Of a stretch of DNA of 64,000 nt, positions 50,075 through 63,003 are shown one piece after another (positions within the stretch are counted from its first letter, which is position 1; every line of letters begins with the position of its first letter). The position numbers and the translations under genes are program-made. The notes under the pieces are model-generated. The model saw only the letters and a list, made by a program, of their open reading frames with translations, was not told where the DNA came from and searched no databases. The stretch comes from Octopus vulgaris (taxonomy: Eukaryota). Location: contig OX597831.1 of NCBI GenBank assembly GCA_951406725.2, positions 35,340,001-35,404,000 on the forward strand, read 5' to 3'.

Positions 50075-52170
50075 GAGAGAGAGTGTGTGTGTGGTATGTG
50101 TATGTATATACAGATATAATATTTGCACATACATGCATATATAAATGTATATTTGTATATGTTTTTACTCAAATATATCTAAAATTGAGAATTAATTTTT
50201 CTACATGAAAAACAACTCTGTCTAAGGGAAGCAACTCTTTACTTTATTAGTACGAGTTAAGGTTTCTGTCAATTTTCTTTTTTTTTGCCCTACACGTATT
50301 AGCTTTCAAATATTTTTTAATATATCAGTTTTCAACTTCAGTTATTTATTTATGACTTGAAAGCATTTACTTCCAGCTCTGCAAATGACTGGAAAGTAGT
50401 TTGTTTAGAGTCTCTATCTTTTTTTATCTTTCTGTTTCTCAGTTTTGCTGTATTTTTTAAAATCTTCTATCATATTTTTTTTATCTTCCTGCTTCTCAGT
50501 TTTGCCAGCTTGTGTGCAGCTGCAGAATAAAATAAACTGCTTAGAAAATTTGGAACAAGGAACCCACGCAGTACCACTAGTCTGCGTTTATCTACCACCA
50601 CACTACTTGCATGACAACATGTTCCCCCTGACAAAAAAAAATCTCTTCTGACTTCATATATCACTCCGAACCCACCGACTTTCTACAACTAGGATAGTTC
50701 TATTTGCTCTTGTACACTAGTTGATTAAGCCACTACATTAATTGCTTGATTTATTTCTAACTTTCCAACAAAACACTCTGCTGTTTTGTTCATATTCAAC
50801 AGTGATTCTGAACTGGCATCCGTATGGCTCTTGGGGGTCCATTTAAGATTTTGTTGTTAAAATTCATCTGCAGTAAATTGGTTATACTACTACAATACAC
50901 AAAATATTTTAATAATTATTTCATACAATTTCTAATAATATTTAGGTATGAAAAATGTAGGATTTTTTTAAAACACTAAATGGCTATTAAGGTCCACCCA
51001 AGTAAAAGAGGCAATAAACGGGTCCCTAGACAAAAGATGGTTGAGAACCACTGATATACAACTTTTACTTAGCATGAAATTTTCTGTGGGTTTTACATTG
51101 TGTTAAGGCATTCATTCTTGACTTTTGTCCTTCCATAAGCCACAAAGTGTGTGCTACAGTGATAGGCTCTGTCTTGGCCAAACTCTTTCACTATCTCCAA
51201 GGATATACCTCAGTCAATTATTTTGTGAATCATCTCTTCTGTAAGAAGGGTGCACTCTACGACTCTTCTAACATCTGATATCACATGATTCTGATTTCTT
51301 TAGGGTAACATTTGCTGGAGACTTGCACCTTTATGAACCACAAAGGGAGCTTTTATGTGGTGGTTTGACCTGCCATAAATTGCAGCCTAGTTTCTTTCCC
51401 TAAGGGCATGTAGAACTTCTGTATCTAATGTATCAATGTACAGTAGGTACTGAAGTTCTCCGTCCCCTTAAATGATAGAATGGTCATAGATGGAATTTCT
51501 GTAATCAATGGTGAACTAGAAGCTGCTGCCTTATGCCAAAGAACAATGAGCTGTTGCTCTTGAGATCCATGTGAAAGCGCTATTATTTCCGATGCAATTT
51601 CCTTTGATGTAAAAACATTTGATCTTTTACTGTATAAGGACTGGTATACCTGCCAGAGAACTCTCTTCATTTCACATCAGAAGTTTTAAGTTCACAAGTT
51701 TAACGACCATCTTTTCATTAACAGTTTTGGCCACCTTTTTGAATTCAGTACCTCTACCACTTGTAGACATTCTTATAAAACCATAAGCAGCACAGCACCC
51801 ATCACTTTCAAGAACATTTTTTCATGCTCAGAGTTGTTGAAGCATGGAATAAACCACCCATGTCAGATGCTCACTGTACACACATTGCATCCTTCAAAAT
51901 TCCATGCTTCCCAAAATTTGCCAACACTCCCTGCTGATATGTCTATGCACCCTTTCCATTTTATGACTATTTTATTGTTCATTTTTCTATCTTTTTGTAT
52001 CATATCCTGCATACTTCTAGCTTTCATTGCTGTCTATCTTTACTTGGCTTAAAGGTCTGTTTTCTCTTCCCGTCTTTTAACTATTTCTTATAAGTTGCAG
52101 TACACCTGAACACAGTTACTATAAGCTCATTGTTGTTGTTGTTGTTATTATTATTATTATTATTATTATT

Positions 52171-52496
52171 CAGTAGTTTTATTTTTTATAGCGTGCTTTC
52201 ACTTCACTACCGAGCGCAGCTCTGTGTGCCTTGGGTATGTGCTGTGATTTGTTGTGATGCTCTGATGGTTATTGTATGGAAAGTGTTCTGCGTAGGATGT
52301 GTGCAGTGCCTAGTAGTGCAATTTTCTGTATGTTATATGTGTTTGTAAGTCCTGGTGTTTTTGTTATGTATTTGTCTGAATATTTTTTTATCATGCCTAA
52401 TGCACCTACTATGATAGGAATTGTTTCTGTTTTTAGATTCCACATTCTGGTTACCTCTATTTCCAGGTCTTTGTATTTTGAAAGTTTCTCCATTTC

Positions 52497-52500
<4 letters not shown>
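52171..52500 (-). mobile_element. 5'-truncated R4/Dong-like LINE 3' end inside (TAA)n
   Basis: KEMEKLSKYKDLEIEVTRMWNLKTETIPIIVGALG...IQKIALLGTAHILRRTL* (RLE C-terminus), about 100-nt 3'UTR, (TTA)n on both sides. Confidence 0.88.
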
Positions 52501-52565
<65 letters not shown>

Positions 52566-52620
52566 CATTATTACTATTATATTTTAAAAGGATTGCTGTA
52601 ACTCTTCATAAAGATAAACT

Positions 52621-52972
52621 GTCATGACGAAGAGTGCAATTCGATTGAAAAATAGATATTTTATTGGTTGAACGATATTTCAACAGTAAGCCTGTCTTTG
52701 TTGAGTTCAAATTAAGAAGTGATAAAAATTCAAAATTATAGAAATTTAAATTTAAAGTATGGATGAGAGTAACCACACATTGATGGAATAATGATGGAAT
52801 TCCATCAATGTGTGGATGCTGGTTGCTCTTTTTCATACTTTAAATTTAAATTTCCATAATTTTGAAATTTTATCACTTCTTATTTTGAACTCGACAAAGA
52901 CAGGCTTACTGTTGAAATATCGTTCAACCAATAAAATACCTTTTACAATCGAACTGCACTCTTTGTCTTGAC
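52621..52972. repeat. Long foldback palindrome, about 350 bp
   Basis: Arms such as AACGATATTTCAACAGTAAGCCTGTCTTTG / CAAAGACAGGCTTACTGTTGAAATATCGTT. Confidence 0.92.
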
Positions 52973-53069
52973 TATTATTATTATTATTATTATCATTGCA
53001 TTGAGTAAAAAATTCTGCAATATTTGGGTAACTTATTTGCTTTATTTATGAAGTTACAACAAAAGCAGC

Positions 53070-53195
53070 CTAACATTCAAAGTAGAGGCCATTGTGTTGC
53101 ACTCTTGGAATCCACCTTTCTGCCTGTTCTTTAATCCCATGTTGATACCAGTTCTTGTCCTTTGAGATGAAGAACTCCTTCAGTGAAACTTCTAC
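53070..53195 (-). mobile_element. Mariner transposase C-terminal fragment
   Basis: VEVSLKEFFISKDKNWYQHGIKEQAERWIPRVQHNGLYFEC* fits the mariner FF.SK...Y..GI..L..RW......G.YFE terminus. Confidence 0.75.
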
Positions 53196-53951
53196 CTTCT
53201 CTTGGTTGATGAATATTAATGCTTCTCTCACTCTTCTTTCCACAACCTACAAACATACTTGGGATCTTGGAAATATCTTACAATGAGGGCACACATAATA
53301 ATTCAGTCTTCTTCAACAGCACAAAGTTTTTATCATTATACTTATTAAGAAAATATCGTGCCGGTGGCACATAAAAAGCACCAACTGATCGTGGCCATTG
53401 CCAGCCTCACCTGGCACCTGTGCCGGTGGCACGTAAAAACACCCACTACACTCACAGAGTGGTTGGTGTTAGGAAGGGCATCCAGATATAGAAACACTGC
53501 CAGATCAGACTGGGCCTGGTGCAGCCTCCTGGCTTCCCAGACCTAGGTTGAACTGTCCAACCCATGCTAGCATGGAAGGTGGACGTTAAACGATGATGAT
53601 GATATCCTCCTAATATATGAATAACATGCTGTAGAGATTTGAATATTCCTTGTTTACTCCAGAAATGAGGCATACCATCTTGTTGGACCTATTGACAGTT
53701 TGGTAAATTAGTCAAAAAATGTTGAATATATTTGCCAAGGAAACACCGCAGTGCTGCTGATAGGAAACAGTTAATCTTTCTGATAGGAGAAAGATATCTT
53801 TCTTCTTATTCATCTGTCATGCTTCAGGTGTCAATGAGTATGGACCTCCAACCCACTCCTGCCCTGCACACAATTTAAAAAGTTATTTGGTTTGTCTTTA
53901 TTGTAGCTGTTTGTTAAGGGCGTCGAGTACATCTTTCTTTCCTTGTCTTCT

Positions 53952-54177
53952 GATAGATCACCTGTACAAAATAAAGATAGATCACCTGTACAGAATAAAG
54001 ATAGATCTGTACAGAATAAAGATTGATCACCTGCACAGAATAAAGATAGATCACACGTAGAGAATAAAGATAGATCACCTGTACAGAATAAAGATAGATC
54101 TGTACAGAATAAAGATAGATCACCTGCACAGAATAAAGATAGATCACCTGTACAGAATAAAGATAGATCACCTATAC
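53952..54177. repeat. 24/21-bp minisatellite, about 9.5 units
   Basis: GATAGATCACCTGTACAGAATAAA units, two shortened by 3 nt. Confidence 0.92.
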
Positions 54178-55153
54178 TGCTGGAATGGGGATGCATTTAA
54201 TGTGCCTGTGCATCTTTTAAAACCATCAAATATGGTACTTTTTCGAAGTTTTCAACCATGATGCCCATAGCAACAGAACACACCTGAGGAGAAAAGATAA
54301 AGGGGTAGATTATTTACAGCTGATGAGAGATTGCTAGTTTTGGGAATTTGATTGAATGTAACCAGAGGATGTCTTAAAGTCAGTTGAAAATGATTAATCT
54401 CAAGTAAAAAGAGATAATTGATGTCTCAAATGAGGAGATGCTGTTCTCAATCTGTTGTGGTAATCTGATTTTGGTACAAGGCCTACATTGTCCCCAGTAC
54501 TAAGCTGGTTCTTCATTTTTACTGCCCCACCACTGCTACCATCACCAAGGGATGTACCATACCTAGTGGTTAGGGTGTTGCCCTCACGATCACAAGATTC
54601 TAGTTTCAATCCCTGGACCAGGTACTGTGTTGTGTTCTTGAGAGCGAAACGCTTCAATTCACATTGTTATAGTGAACTCAGCTGTAAATGAAGCAACCCT
54701 GCCATGAAATGACATCCTGTTGTGATATTGGTTACCTGTACACCATTGAAAATGGGTAGCGAGACCTATGGATCCTATGACTCAGGACAATAATGACCAG
54801 GCAGGTAGTGGTGGTGATGATGATGATGATGAAATGATGAAAGGCAAATTTGAACACAATGGAGTTTGAACTCGGAATGTTAAGTGTCAGAACAAATTCT
54901 GCAGAATAGTTTTTGTACAGAACCTATAATTATTACACCAATCCACTACCCTAGTTGTAATGTAACAGTGGTTGTAGATAAAGTGGCGAGCTGGTAGAGT
55001 CGTTAGCAATCAGGACAAATTGCTATTGCAGCATTTTGTCCATCTTTACATTCTGACTTCAGATTCTACAAAGACTGACTTTGCCTGTCATTCTTTTGGA
55101 AGTCAATGAAATAAGTACCATTTGAGGACTGGAGTCAATGTACTGTATTTTAA

Positions 55154-55374
55154 CCCTTTAGTGTTCACATTATTCTACCAAAATTAATTCTTTTTTATCC
55201 ACATTGTCTTGAACTAATCATGCATTATCTTGTAGCTATGAGATTCTAATGAGGTAACTGTTAATTTTTAAAACGATATTGTAGGGTTGGTGTGAGAGAC
55301 CAGATCTGGCCAGTTTGAACATAAAACAAGCAGAATACTTTTGACCGGATATGGCCGGTTTGAATGCTAAAGGG
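55154..55374. mobile_element. TTAA-flanked piggyBac-type MITE
   Basis: TTAA|CCCTTTAG...CTAAAGGG|TTAA; related copies at 55764-55984 and about 1699-1860. Confidence 0.78.
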
Positions 55375-56279
55375 TTAACGTGTATAAGGAACCCTTTTTT
55401 GTCAAAAACTAGGTTTAAAATATATGGGAGTTTCTTATACATTGATAATATTATAATCCCTTACAAAACCTTTTTTTTACAAATTTTAAACCCCCAAATT
55501 AGGCGGTTCCTTATATACGAGGGTTCCTTATACATATAATCAACTTACCCTACATCCCTGAAATTGCTGGTCTTGGGCCAAAAATCTGAAACCAACAGTG
55601 ATGGTAGATTCAAAAGTTGTCAATTCCAAATAATTTTCATGGTTCTTAAGTGTTTCTGTTTAGTAGTTTTCAATTTCTTGTTTATTTGGAGGTTCTTGTG
55701 TACAGAATTTAGGGACAAATCTGAGTTCTCTTTCATGCTTAAGATTGATAGGAATAAGATTAACCCTTTAACATTCAGATTGTCCTGTCAAGTGTAATCC
55801 TTATTTATTCATATTGTTTTGAATTGGTCATGTGTTTTCTCATAGCTTTGAGATTTCAGAGATGTGATTGCTCTCTTTTTAGAATGACTTTCTTGGGTAG
55901 ATGCAAGAAGCCAGATCTTGCCACTTTGATCATACAACTGGTAGAATATTTGTGCGGGTTATCGCTTGTTTAAATGCTAAAGGGATAGGGGCTGGTTCTT
56001 AAGCTCTAGTATATTGTGATGAAGCAGGTGAGTGAAAAATGCCTCTCTGGATTGAACGACAGTTTATTTCTGGCAAAATTCTTCCAGATAACTTGTGTTT
56101 TGCATAATTATTACGACTAGAAATTCTCATTGGAAATGAAGTCAGGCTGGGAAGTCAACTAAAGAAATCAGCAACTCCAAAAATAGAACCCCCCCCCCAC
56201 ACACACACACTTCCTTAACATATCAGAATTAGTTCTAAAATCCTCATCGGTAAGTGAATGGAGTCATGTTGAATTGAGT

Positions 56280-56317
56280 GTAGTAGTAGTAGTAGCAGTA
56301 GTAGTAGTAATAGTAGT

Positions 56318-56349
<32 letters not shown>

Positions 56350-56353
56350 TAGT

Positions 56354-56388
<35 letters not shown>

Positions 56389-56399
56389 TAGTAGTAGTA
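56280..56399. repeat. (TAG)n/(CAG)n compound trinucleotide repeat
   Basis: Direct reading. Confidence 0.95.
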
Positions 56400-57514
56400 T
56401 GGTGTCATGCACTGTACGAGTATGTTGTTGCATCCACCATTTGTTGGTGATACCCTGCTACTCCTGGTGGATGATATCTTTGCACCACTCAGGTGTAAAT
56501 CCTCCAACCCACGGTTCTGCTTGGGTAGTCTTTGCCAGTGAGGGCTTTACAAGGGTGGAGTGGAAATCCTATGTCAACCTCTTTTGGTCACCCATTGCAA
56601 TGCACAGAGGAAATGGGTCCATTCTTTGAGATGCCGGTTGCCACGCTGCAAAACACATGGTGGAGATTTGAATCCAATACCTAATAACGTTACTACTCAA
56701 CCGTCCGTCTTCTATAAAAATTTCTATTCTCTTTTGTCAGAGAGAGAGAGAGAGAGAAGAGAGAGACCAACATTATGTTAGGGTATTGGTTATAATTGCA
56801 ACATTTTGGTTGTCTCAGAAGAAATCTATTTTGTATTATTATTATGATGAGAAATTCTCATTGGAAATGAAGTCATGTCAAGAACTCAACAAAAAAAGCA
56901 GAAACTCTATGGAAAAAAACCCCCTCCAAAAAACTCTGCTTCCCTGACACACCAGGATTAGTTCTAAAATCAAATTTAGATGTGTTACATTATGATATCT
57001 ATTGCTTTAGACTGCTTTTGCTGGGAAAATGACAATATTTTACAAATAAACTGCTAATGCCATCCCAGTAGGGATGGTATGTTAATTTCTGCTTCACAGT
57101 CAGTAAAAGCCTAGCAGTGACATTTTCCTATCATTTGATTGGTTGGCTCGCATTATCCCAGCAGAGATGATGTATGTTAATTTTCTACATTGCAATCTAT
57201 TCAAGTTTAGTTGTGACATATTCCTGACGCTTTATTGTCTGGTTTTGCTTGATGTGTCAAAATAAGAACGTTGCCTCCCTAGAGTGAGGCAATGAAACCG
57301 TTTAGATTCTGGTGGCCATTTATGAAGAATTTTCTTTTGCTAGTCATTGTGTTTGTATTTAAAGGCACCTGGCTGCAATAAGTTTTAGTACAAATGTAGA
57401 ACCCTTGTCACTGATGAAACTTCTGACCAAAATTAGAAATTTAAGGACAGGCATGAATATTTGAGAGATTACACATATGAAATGTAGTTATAACAAGTTT
57501 AATATATGTGTATA

Positions 57515-57557
<43 letters not shown>

Positions 57558-57818
57558 ATAAAAATAATAATGAAATTATTGTATACAGTGCTCAGGTGCA
57601 CCACAACTTGTCAAAAAGTGTGTATAAAGTATATGCAGTAATGTACAAATGTCTGGAAAGCGAACAGTGTATGAGTCAGATACATGCTTGTGTGTGTATG
57701 GAGGGGAGAAAATCAGGTGTAGTATTGGCGAATCTCAGGAAGCATGGAAGTTTTGAAGGATGCAGTGCTCCGACAACTAACAACTGATGCCGGCAGTCTG
57801 TTCCATGCTTCAGCAACT

Positions 57819-57873
<55 letters not shown>

Positions 57874-57943
57874 CAATAAGAAAGTGGAGAGGATCAATAG
57901 GTGGTATTCATCAACTTTTAGACATTATATTATGTCAATTTAC

Positions 57944-58005
<62 letters not shown>

Positions 58006-58631
58006 TTATATATTTATATGCAGTTAAGTATATTTGCAGTCATAGTGAAACCACTGGTTTCACATCCATAAAGGACTTAGCCTCATGGACGAAATGTGGT
58101 AGTGATGCTGATGGTGATTACAATGATGATTATAGTGGTGGTTGTACTGTGGAGGTAATGATGAAGGTGGTGGTGGTGGTGGTGGTGATGATGACAATGA
58201 TAATCATAGTTGTGCTGGGGAAGTGATGATGAAGGTGGTGGTGATGATGATGATGATGGTGATGATTCTAAGTATTTCTAGCATAGGCAAAAGATCAGAA
58301 ATGTTTGTGGAGGAGAAAACTGATTATATCAACCTACAATATGTGAACTAATCCTTTATATTTTTGACCCTAGAGTGCTGCCTGACTGGCTCCCTTGCCG
58401 GTGACACGTAAAAAGCACCATTCAAGCGTGGTCGTTGCCAGTACCACCTGAATGGCTCTCATACTGGTGGCACATAAAAAGCACCCACTACACACTCAAA
58501 GTGATTGGCGTTAGGAAGGGCATCCAGCTGTAGAAACTTTGCCAGATTAGATTGGAGTCTAGTGCAGCCATCTGGTTTGCCAGTCCTCAGTCAAATCGTC
58601 CAACCCATGCTAGCATGGAAAGCGGACGTTA

Positions 58632-59000
58632 AACGATGATGATGATGATGGTGAAAGATGAAAGTTGAGGTTTGAACCCAGAATGTAAACCCCTGGAAGC
58701 AACTTGTCCCATGTCCTTAGGACGCTAATACAGCAGTCAAGTGAGTGAAGTAGATATATATATTAAGAATGCTAAAGGGTTAACAGTGCACTACAGCTGT
58801 TTCAGACACATTTCTGAACGATGATGATGATGATGGTGAAAGATGAAAGTTGAGGTTTGAACCCAGAATGTAAACCCCTGGAAGCAACTTGTCCCATGTC
58901 CTTAGGACGCTAATACAGCAGTCAAGTGAGTGAAGTAGATATATATATTAAGAATGCTAAAGGGTTAACAGTGCACTACAGCTGTTTCAGACACATTTCT
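58632..59000. repeat. Tandem duplication, 185-bp period
   Basis: AACGATGATG...CAGACACATTTCT at 58632-58815 and 58817-59000, identical by eye. Confidence 0.92.
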
Positions 59001-59445
59001 TATTAATGAATAATATGATTACATTATGGAAAAATTCCTTTTCTTCATGATCTAATCAAATTATCAAATAAAGAAAAACACATCTAGCATAAAGCTGTCT
59101 CTCTTGGATTCTTGCAATCATTATGCTGATCTCATTAATGCTGGTGGGATGAAAAAAAGCACCCAGTACATAATGTAAAGTGATTGACATTGGGAAGAGC
59201 ATCCAGCTGTAAAAACCATGTTGAGACAGACACTGCAGCTTGATGCTTATCTTCGGGCTTGTTGGATCTTTGTCAAATCATCTAACATACACCAGTACGA
59301 AACATGGATATTAAATAATGTTGATAATGATGAGAGAGAAAAAAAAGACATAGATAGAAAGATAGATATATAGATAGACAGATAGAGATTAACAAGGAGT
59401 GTGAATGGAGTATATGTGTATGATATTAAAGAATTGTAAATATAT

Positions 59446-59831
59446 AGGCGCAGGAGTGGCTGTGTGGTAAGTAGCTTGTTTACCAACCACATGGTTCCTG
59501 GTTCAGTCCCACTGCATGGCACCTTGGGCAAGTGTCTTCTACTATAGCCACGGGCCAACCAAAGTCTTGTGAGTGGATTTGGTAGACGGAAATGGAAAGA
59601 AGCCCGTCGTATATATATATATATGTATATGTGTGTGTGTGTTTGTCCCCCTAGCATTGCTTGACAACCGATGCTGGTGTGTTTATGTCCCCGTTACTTA
59701 GCGGTTCGGCAAAAGAGACCAATAGAATAAGTACTGGGCTTACAAAAGAATAAGTCCCGGGGTCGAGTTGCTCGATTAAAGGCGGTGCTCCAGCATGGCC
59801 GCAGTCAAATGACTGAAACAAGTAAAAGAGT
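59446..59831 (+). mobile_element. tRNA-derived SINE family A, full length
   Basis: A-box TGGCTGTGTGG, B-box GGTTCAGTCC, central (TA/TG) tract, ...GAAACAAGTAAAAGAGT tail; many copies in the window. Confidence 0.85.
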
Positions 59832-59953
59832 ATATAAACTTATATCTATGAATATGTATATATGTTGACAGCTATCTGTCTATCTAGATATGTACATATT
59901 TTTTATTAATACATCTTAGTGTGTGTGTCTGTGTATATGTATGTATGTGTGTA

Positions 59954-60014
<61 letters not shown>

Positions 60015-60195
60015 TACATACACACAGTGAGGACATGCACAAGAAATACATTACTTTGATTCTTGGTGAAAGGAGAGAGTTTGACATTTGATGTTTCAAG
60101 CATAGCTCTTTGTTGGAAAGGAGAAAGGGAAAAGTCCAAAGATGGAAAAGAAATCGCCAATGGTACGTGTGTAGTTACATTGCTGTATATATGTC

Positions 60196-60231
<36 letters not shown>

Positions 60232-60279
60232 CATATATATATATACATATATATATATGTACATATATGTACATAGTCT

Positions 60280-61009
60280 GAACTGGCAGAGACGGCTGGA
60301 TGCCCTTCTAACGCCACCACCCGTGAGGGTGTGTTACGTACCTGCACAGGGCCGGAGGTCCCATCGTCGATCGGATCGAGCATTTAACGTGTCAGCGACG
60401 GGAACATACTTGGTTGGGGATTTGGGATCCAGGGTATGGGATCCGGGTACTTTGGGGATCGGATGAATGGTAGGACTGAATGGGTAGGGGGTATGGTGCT
60501 GGAGCAGCCCGGGTCTTTGTAGCCAGTATCTCCAGATCCGTCTTCCATGCCTCAGTGAGGCCCAATAGGTCATGCTTGCCACCATCCATGCTTCCTGGCC
60601 CCTCCCCTGATACCTTCAACTGTTTGGAGTGCACTTTTCACACATCTCTTCATATCCGCAGCACATGACCATACCATCCAACGTCGCTCTTCACACTGAT
60701 GTTCATCCAGATTTCTTCAGAACTTACTGTTTGCGTGCCACTGACACTACACATCCGCGGATCATGCAGCCATTTCTTTCAAGTCTACGCATGTTTCTGA
60801 TCAGCCCATGTTTCATTCCGTGAAGCATGCGTCGCACATGCATCTAATCTACCTTTTGCCTGAAGCCTTTTTGCCAGTAGGGTAGGAGCTTTCTGAACTT
60901 TGCCCAGGCTATTCGTATTCTATGGTGATACTCTGTGCATCCACTCCGCCACTTGTCTCCCAGTGCGGACTATCACTACTTTAGCTCTCCTGAGTGTGAT
61001 GAATCTGTT

Positions 61010-61010
<1 letters not shown>
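60280..61010 (-). mobile_element. RTE-like LINE 3' fragment, heavily disrupted
   Basis: Minus relics MRRLERN, YGHVLR, DL.LGLTE; older similar relic about 26760-27350 (ERGRPSKTW). Confidence 0.6.
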
Positions 61011-61087
<77 letters not shown>

Positions 61088-61127
61088 GTAGAAGGTTGAA
61101 AATGAACACAAAAGTTGATATGTATAA

Positions 61128-61499
61128 GGAAAATAGGACAAGGTAGAAAATGCTAAAATAATTTTATCAAGAAGAACATTTAAGTACTGGTTTCAGTTTT
61201 TGCGACTATTCAACTTAGAGTAAAGCATGAAAAACAATTAAATTGTGGAAAAAAATTAAATGAAATGCTTTTTAAAATATATTTCCATAGTTTTCAAATG
61301 CAAGGTATATTTTCCTCTTTTCAGTTTGTCTATGTCTCTCTTTTTAGCTCAAGAGCAAACATTGCATTTAATTTTTCCACAATTTAATTTGTTTTTTATG
61401 CTTTACTTTAAGTTGAAAAAGTCTCAAAGACTGAAACCAGTACTAAAATGTTCTTCATGATAAAATTATTTTAACATTTTCTACCTTGTCTTATTTTCC
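61128..61499. repeat. Inverted repeat, about 135-bp arms, between (TA)n tracts
   Basis: GGAAAATAGGACAAGGTAGAAAATG ... CATTTTCTACCTTGTCTTATTTTCC. Confidence 0.9.
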
Positions 61500-61516
61500 A
61501 TATATATATATATATA

Positions 61517-61906
61517 CTAGCAGTATCGCCCGGCGTTGCTCGGGTTTGTAAGGGAAATAACTATAAAGCATTTTTAGAGAGTTATAGCAAAAAATAGCAA
61601 AAAAATGCATTAAAAATGGGAAAAAAATGATGGTAAATTTTTTTAAATCGTTGACTCATCGTAGACATTTTTAGAGAGTTACTTCCCTTATATAATAGAG
61701 AAAAAATGCATTAAAAGGGAAAAAAATGATGGTAAATTTTTTTAAAATCGTAGACTCATCGTAGACGCGCACTAATACCCAGAAGGGCTCGATATGAATC
61801 ACGACTATAAGATATCCAGTTTTGGTTAAACTGCACCGCAAAATGTGGGAGTAGTTAGGAATCTAAATCATAAGTGACAGACGCACAACTTCACTTTTAT
61901 ATATAA

Positions 61907-61909
<3 letters not shown>
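61517..61909 (-). mobile_element. Non-autonomous Helitron (same family as 18694-19082)
   Basis: TC...CCCGAGCAACGCCGGG...CTAG termini, inserted in (TA)n. Confidence 0.82.
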
Positions 61910-61954
<45 letters not shown>

Positions 61955-62888
61955 CTAGCCACTACACATTCTTTATTTTTTCTCCTTGTTTCTTTCTGTA
62001 TTCCTTTCTGTGGAAGAGCGTAGGCTCGAAACGTTAAAGACTTTTTCACTTCCCGAGCATTATACATCTGCTTGTTATGCATACCACCTGTCTTCATCTT
62101 TTGTTTTTTTGTGAATTCTCCCTATATATATATGTGCACGTATGTAAATGTGTATGTATGTACATGTGTATATATATAGTGTGTGTGTATGTCTATTTGT
62201 ATTTATATATATATATATATGCAGGTATATATGTGTGTGTGTGTGTGTGTATGTGTTCAAGCAATGAAGTGACAGAGAAGAAACTTTCCCAAGTTCCAAT
62301 TGTATGCATTTCTCTTAGTATGTGTGTGTGTGACTCTGCGTATGCTTGAAACCATGCTAGAGGGAACAATTAAGTAGAAATGAAAATAAATAGGAGAGAG
62401 TGGATGCCAAAGAGCAATTCCCCAAGGAAATATTTCAGTGATTGCAATCATTTCTTGTTTATTGACAGCAAATTATAGCTTTTATTTCATCATTAATTGA
62501 TACTTTACAGACATTCGGTGGAATAATTAAGAAATGCCATTGCCCAAATCAATACGGTGTTTAACTGCTGTCAAATATGAAATGAAGTATGACGGTGCCA
62601 ATAATATATTTCGCAGGAATATCGAAATACCGAGGGAGGTTTATTATTATAAGTAACGCTATCTGCTAATACGACAGCCAAGTCATCTCAAAGCATCGCC
62701 CACCTCCGCCCCCTGTCAGTGCTGGTCAATGTCTTTCTCTTGTGATCTGACCCATATGTGCCAATTTCCAATAGATATGAAAGAGACACGAAGCTGGCTC
62801 ATATATATCGAAGGTATTTGTGTCAAGTCAGCTGGCTTTGCAAATATATATATATACACACACATATATACATATATCTATATTTATG

Positions 62889-63003
<115 letters not shown>

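Noticed and set aside
53952-54177. CRISPR-like array
   Set aside because: Units are contiguous with no unique spacers, no cas genes, eukaryotic context.
56215-56507. Poly-Leu and poly-Tyr/Cys ORFs (also poly-Ile at 52500-52587)
   Set aside because: Trinucleotide microsatellite translations.
59446-59520. tRNA genes at SINE heads
   Set aside because: A/B boxes are present but they continue into SINE bodies with no full cloverleaf.
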